Origin: Heptranchias perlo
Taxonomy: Eukaryota
NCBI RefSeq assembly: GCF_035084215.1
Contig: NC_090331.1
Location: forward strand, 39,060,001 to 39,124,000
Direction of reading: 5' to 3'
Length of the DNA: 64,000 nucleotides
The notes beneath the pieces are model-generated. The model was not told where the DNA came from and did no database searches. It saw only the letters and a list, made by a program, of their open reading frames with translations. Below, piece after piece: positions 60,301 through 64,000 of the stretch. Made by a program: the position numbers and the translations under genes. How positions within the stretch are numbered: the stretch's first letter is position 1; every line of letters begins with the position of its first letter.

Positions 60301-62700
60301 ATTCCTTATGAGTTTCTTTTCATACTCCCTTTTTGTAGCTCTAACTATCTGTTTTGTCACCCTTTGCTGTTCTTTGTATCTCTCCCAGTCACCAGCATCA
60401 AGTAGACTCTTGCCCTTTAGGGGTATAAATTGGTTCTGCATCACGTTAAATTCTTTTTTGAAGACCTCCCACTGATCTTGTGTTGTTTTACCCATTAACA
60501 GATTTGCCTAGTTTACTGTGGACAGTCTCTATCTCATCCCATTGAAGTCGGCCATACCTAAATTTAGAATCTTAGTAGCTGTTATGGACTTCTCCTTTTC
60601 AAACACAACGTTGAACTCAATCATATTATGATCGCTATTACATAAATGTTCACGCACCGTTCGGCTGTTAACTAAATCTGGCTCATTACTCATTACTAAA
60701 TCTAATATGGCCTGCCCCCTTGTTGGTTCAAGGAAGTATTGTTGCAGAAAGCTGTCCTGAACACACACAAGAAATTCACTACCTTTCTGACATGAGCTCG
60801 TCTGCTTATCTCAATCTATATGAAAGTTAAAATCCCCCATTAAGACCATTCTGCCTTTGCTATATGCTTGTCTAATCTCTGCATTTATACATTCTGCCAC
60901 TTCACAGCTGCTACCAGGGGCCCTATATACAACTCCCACTACAGTCTTCCATCCTTTTCTATTTCTTATTTCTACCCAAAGTCTCCACTGTCTGCTTATC
61001 TCTCATTATATCCTCTCTTATTTTTGAAGTAATTTCATCTTTTATCAGTATGGATACTTCTCCCCCTCTACCAGTATCCCTATCCTTCCTGTAGACCTTG
61101 TAACCTGGTATATTCAGTTCCCAGTCCTGACCGTCTTGCAGCCATGTCTCAGTAATGGCTACCTTGTCGTAACCTCTAAGTCGAATTTGCGCCTGCGATT
61201 CATTCAATTTGTTCCTTATACTCCATGCGTTTGTATAAAGAACGCTTATTTGGGCCACACACTCTAACCTGTCCTTCTGCTCTAATGTTATTTTTTCTCA
61301 CACACTTCTTAAATCACTGCTGATTTAATTACTTTACATCTTTTAGTGTTTCCTTTACCTGTAATGTCGAAAGGATAATTTCTGACTGTTACTGTACTCT
61401 CTTCCTTTTCATTTGTTTTAGAATTATTATTTATAGTACCTTTTCCACCTGAGCCCTCCCCCCTCCACCATTTTAAAGTCCTTGTAGCTGCTCTATTTAT
61501 CCTTTCCGCTAGGACCCTGGTCCCAGCCCGGTTCAGGTGGAGCCCTTCTCAATGGTACAGTTCCCTCCTGTCCCAGTACTGGTACCAATGTCCCATGAAA
61601 TGGAACCTCTCTTTCCCACACCACTCCTTCAGCCACATGTTCACCTCCCGAATCTGCTTATCCCCATGCCAATTTGCACGTGGCATGGGTAATAATCCAG
61701 AGATTATAACCCTTGAGGTCCTGTTTTTTAATTTAGCTCCATCTCTGAACAGGACCTCTTGCCTACTCTTTCCTAATTTTGTTGCTCCCAACATGGACCA
61801 CGATGACTGGATCCTCCCCCTCCCTCTCCAATATCCATTCAAGCCGGTTCGAGATGTCCCTCACCCTGGCACCAGGTAGGCAACATACCACGAGGGACTC
61901 TCAATCCTGCTTACAAAGGATGCTATCTGACCCCTAATTATTGAATCCCCTACAATTACCACATAGCGCTTCTCCTCCTCCTCTTCCTCCTCCTCCTCCT
62001 CCCTTTGGCCAGCGTCCTGCTCCAAGGTGCCATGGTCAGCATTCTGGCAGTCTTCTGACAGTCTTTATCCTGATCCTCACAGGTAGCAAGTACATTGTTC
62101 CTGTTGAAACGGATCAATTTCTGCGGATCCTTGTTCTCTATCTCACCTGGATTCCCCTTACTCTCTACACTATCGGTCACACCAACCCCGTTCTGATCCT
62201 GTACCTCTCTACGAGGTGTGACCAAGGTCTGGAGCAAACTGTCCAGATACTCCTCCCCCTCCCTTATGTGTTGGGGTGTTTCCAACTCACCCTCCAGCTG
62301 AATGACTCTGAGCTGGAGAGATTCGAGACGGAGACATCTACTGTAGATGTGTTCGCTTGGGATAGCCTTGTTGTGCACAAACTCCCACATACTGCAGTCC
62401 AGACACACAACCTGCTCTGCCATATCTTAATCTATGTTTATTTATCGACAATTACTTTTTAGTCTGTTTTTTTTGCTTTTTTTAGAAAATAAATTTAGCA
62501 CCTCTTTCCCCTATTTTGGCAATCACTTACAGCTGATTGACTGTTAACTGTTAACTGCCAGAGACTTGCAGTTTCTGTTGACTGTTTAAAACTTTAAAAG
62601 AAACTGCAAGTTAGTTAAGTTCTAAGTTAAATTTTAAACTGAATTTTAATTTCAATTCACCCACTACTTTACCACAGAGTCCCACTCTCACCAAATTCTC
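57333..62700 (-). mobile_element. Near full-length degraded CR1, interrupted at 57480-58614
   Basis: ORF1 MAEQVVCLDCSMWEF (62423) and endonuclease/RT pieces. Its 3' end (57333-57479) is collinear with 58615 onward (aaatctatca|atctcag). Confidence 0.88.
57480..58614 (+). mobile_element. CR1 3' fragment nested in the minus-strand CR1
   Basis: [12 protein letters not shown]...[12 protein letters not shown] and ttcttacgttct tail. Confidence 0.88.
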
Positions 62701-63679
62701 AAGTTCCCACTCGGTTCACGATCCACTCCATTCAAGATGCGCTCTGTGCTTCAAATGGAATAGGGTGGGTGATATTTTTATCCATAAAAAACAATGGTGT
62801 TCCATTCCAGGACTATCTTCCTGGACTAGATGCACACTGTATATCAGGCAGTCTTGTATCTCTGTGATGCACTAAAAGAATTTTGAGTTCAGTGCTACCA
62901 ACAGTCATATATGTAAACTTCATATCAACATCAACTTTTATTGCTTCTGATTCATTTCAGATGACCAGTCAGTTAAAATTAGTTTTTTTTCAAGTAGCAA
63001 TTTTTCAGAATGTCCTTGGAGTAAATGATTGTACACCTATGGTTCACACAACATCTGCCGAGAATGAAGTGGGCTTCAGATCGAGAAAGCATTTCCATTA
63101 TATGTTTGCACAGGTGGTGTGACAATATCCTGATTTATTTCTCAGGAACCACAAGTAACTCTTACATACGAGCCAACTTCAAGTATCTGATTGTTAGATT
63201 ACATTAATTCCTAATTACATTTGAAGTGAATACAGTCATCTTATTTATGATTTTGTTAAGTCCCCTAAACCAGTTCTTTCATTAGTTTCATTAGCCTCGC
63301 CACACTTCCCTCAGCAACTGCTCACCAAATGTCACTAGCCCAGAATTTCCTAAACGGTGTGATCTGCAATTTGCGCCACAAATTACGCCATTTAGTGCTC
63401 CGATCTTCCTGTTGTGAACGTACTCCAGAATTTCCTGGAAAAGTAATTTGAATACGCACAGAGACCATAAAGGCGAATCAGGGACCTCAGAAGGCAACAC
63501 AGCCAATAGCTTTCCCCATCTGCATCAGTGAACTAATTAAGCAGATTAATATTGACATGACCTGAGTCATATAATTTCAAATCCTTTCACCATCCTGCAC
63601 TTGGTCACTTGCAGAAATTTGTATCAGTTCTGAACATACTCAGCTGCTGTACTCAGTTTTTTTTTTACCATTTATTTAG

Positions 63680-64000
63680 AAGGTGACAGGGTAGATGCTG
63701 AGATGTTGTTTCCAATAGCTAAAGAGTCTAGAACTAGGGGGCTTAGTCTCAGGATAAGGGGTCGGCCATTTAAGATTTAGATGAGGAGGAGTTTCTTCAC
63801 ACTGAGGGTTGTGCATCTTTGGTATTCTCTAACCCAGAGGGCTGTGGATACTGAGTCATTGAATATATTCAAGGTTGAGAATCATAGATTTTTGGACTCA
63901 AGGGGAACCAAGGGATATGGGGATCGGGCAGGAAATGGAGTTGAGGTCGAAGCCATGATCTTACCGAATGGCGGAACAGGCTTGAGGGGCTCTACAGCCT
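63680..64000 (+). mobile_element. CR1 3' fragment
   Basis: gacagggtagatgctgag...tctagaactagggg...atggcggaacaggc. Confidence 0.85.

Noticed and set aside
46867-64000. Next upstream Nav exon (ATFKGWMDIMYAAVDS)
   Set aside because: Not found by eye. A GTTGACAGC...gtgagg look-alike near 55345-55390 does not translate to it, so the exon is probably outside the window.
1-64000. CRISPR arrays, tRNA/rRNA genes, prokaryotic operons
   Set aside because: Eukaryotic intron-rich DNA. No repeat-spacer array or structural RNA gene was recognised.

Overview
Vertebrate genomic DNA, most likely from a shark or other cartilaginous fish (inferred from the repeat landscape). The minus strand carries the last four coding exons and a ~2.1 kb 3'UTR of a neuronal voltage-gated sodium channel alpha subunit of the SCN1A/2A/3A lineage, with an SCN2A-like C-terminus. 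These include the IFM inactivation-gate exon, preceded by a 9.76 kb ATAAGT...AC intron. Most of the rest is nested transposons: several CR1 LINE families (one young copy with an intact 951-aa ORF2), L2 fragments, a PIF/Harbinger derivative with related MITEs, and a Penelope-like element plus short derivatives carrying minimal hammerhead ribozymes. Main leads: (1) a U_UUA_AAC slippery site plus G-rich tract at the -1 ORF1/ORF2 overlap of two CR1 families; (2) co-varying hammerhead ribozymes inside the channel's introns, including a palindromic double-ribozyme cassette; (3) an apparently deeply conserved 3'UTR with a local duplication. Repeat boundaries are read by eye, and comparisons with mammalian sequences are from memory, not from alignments.
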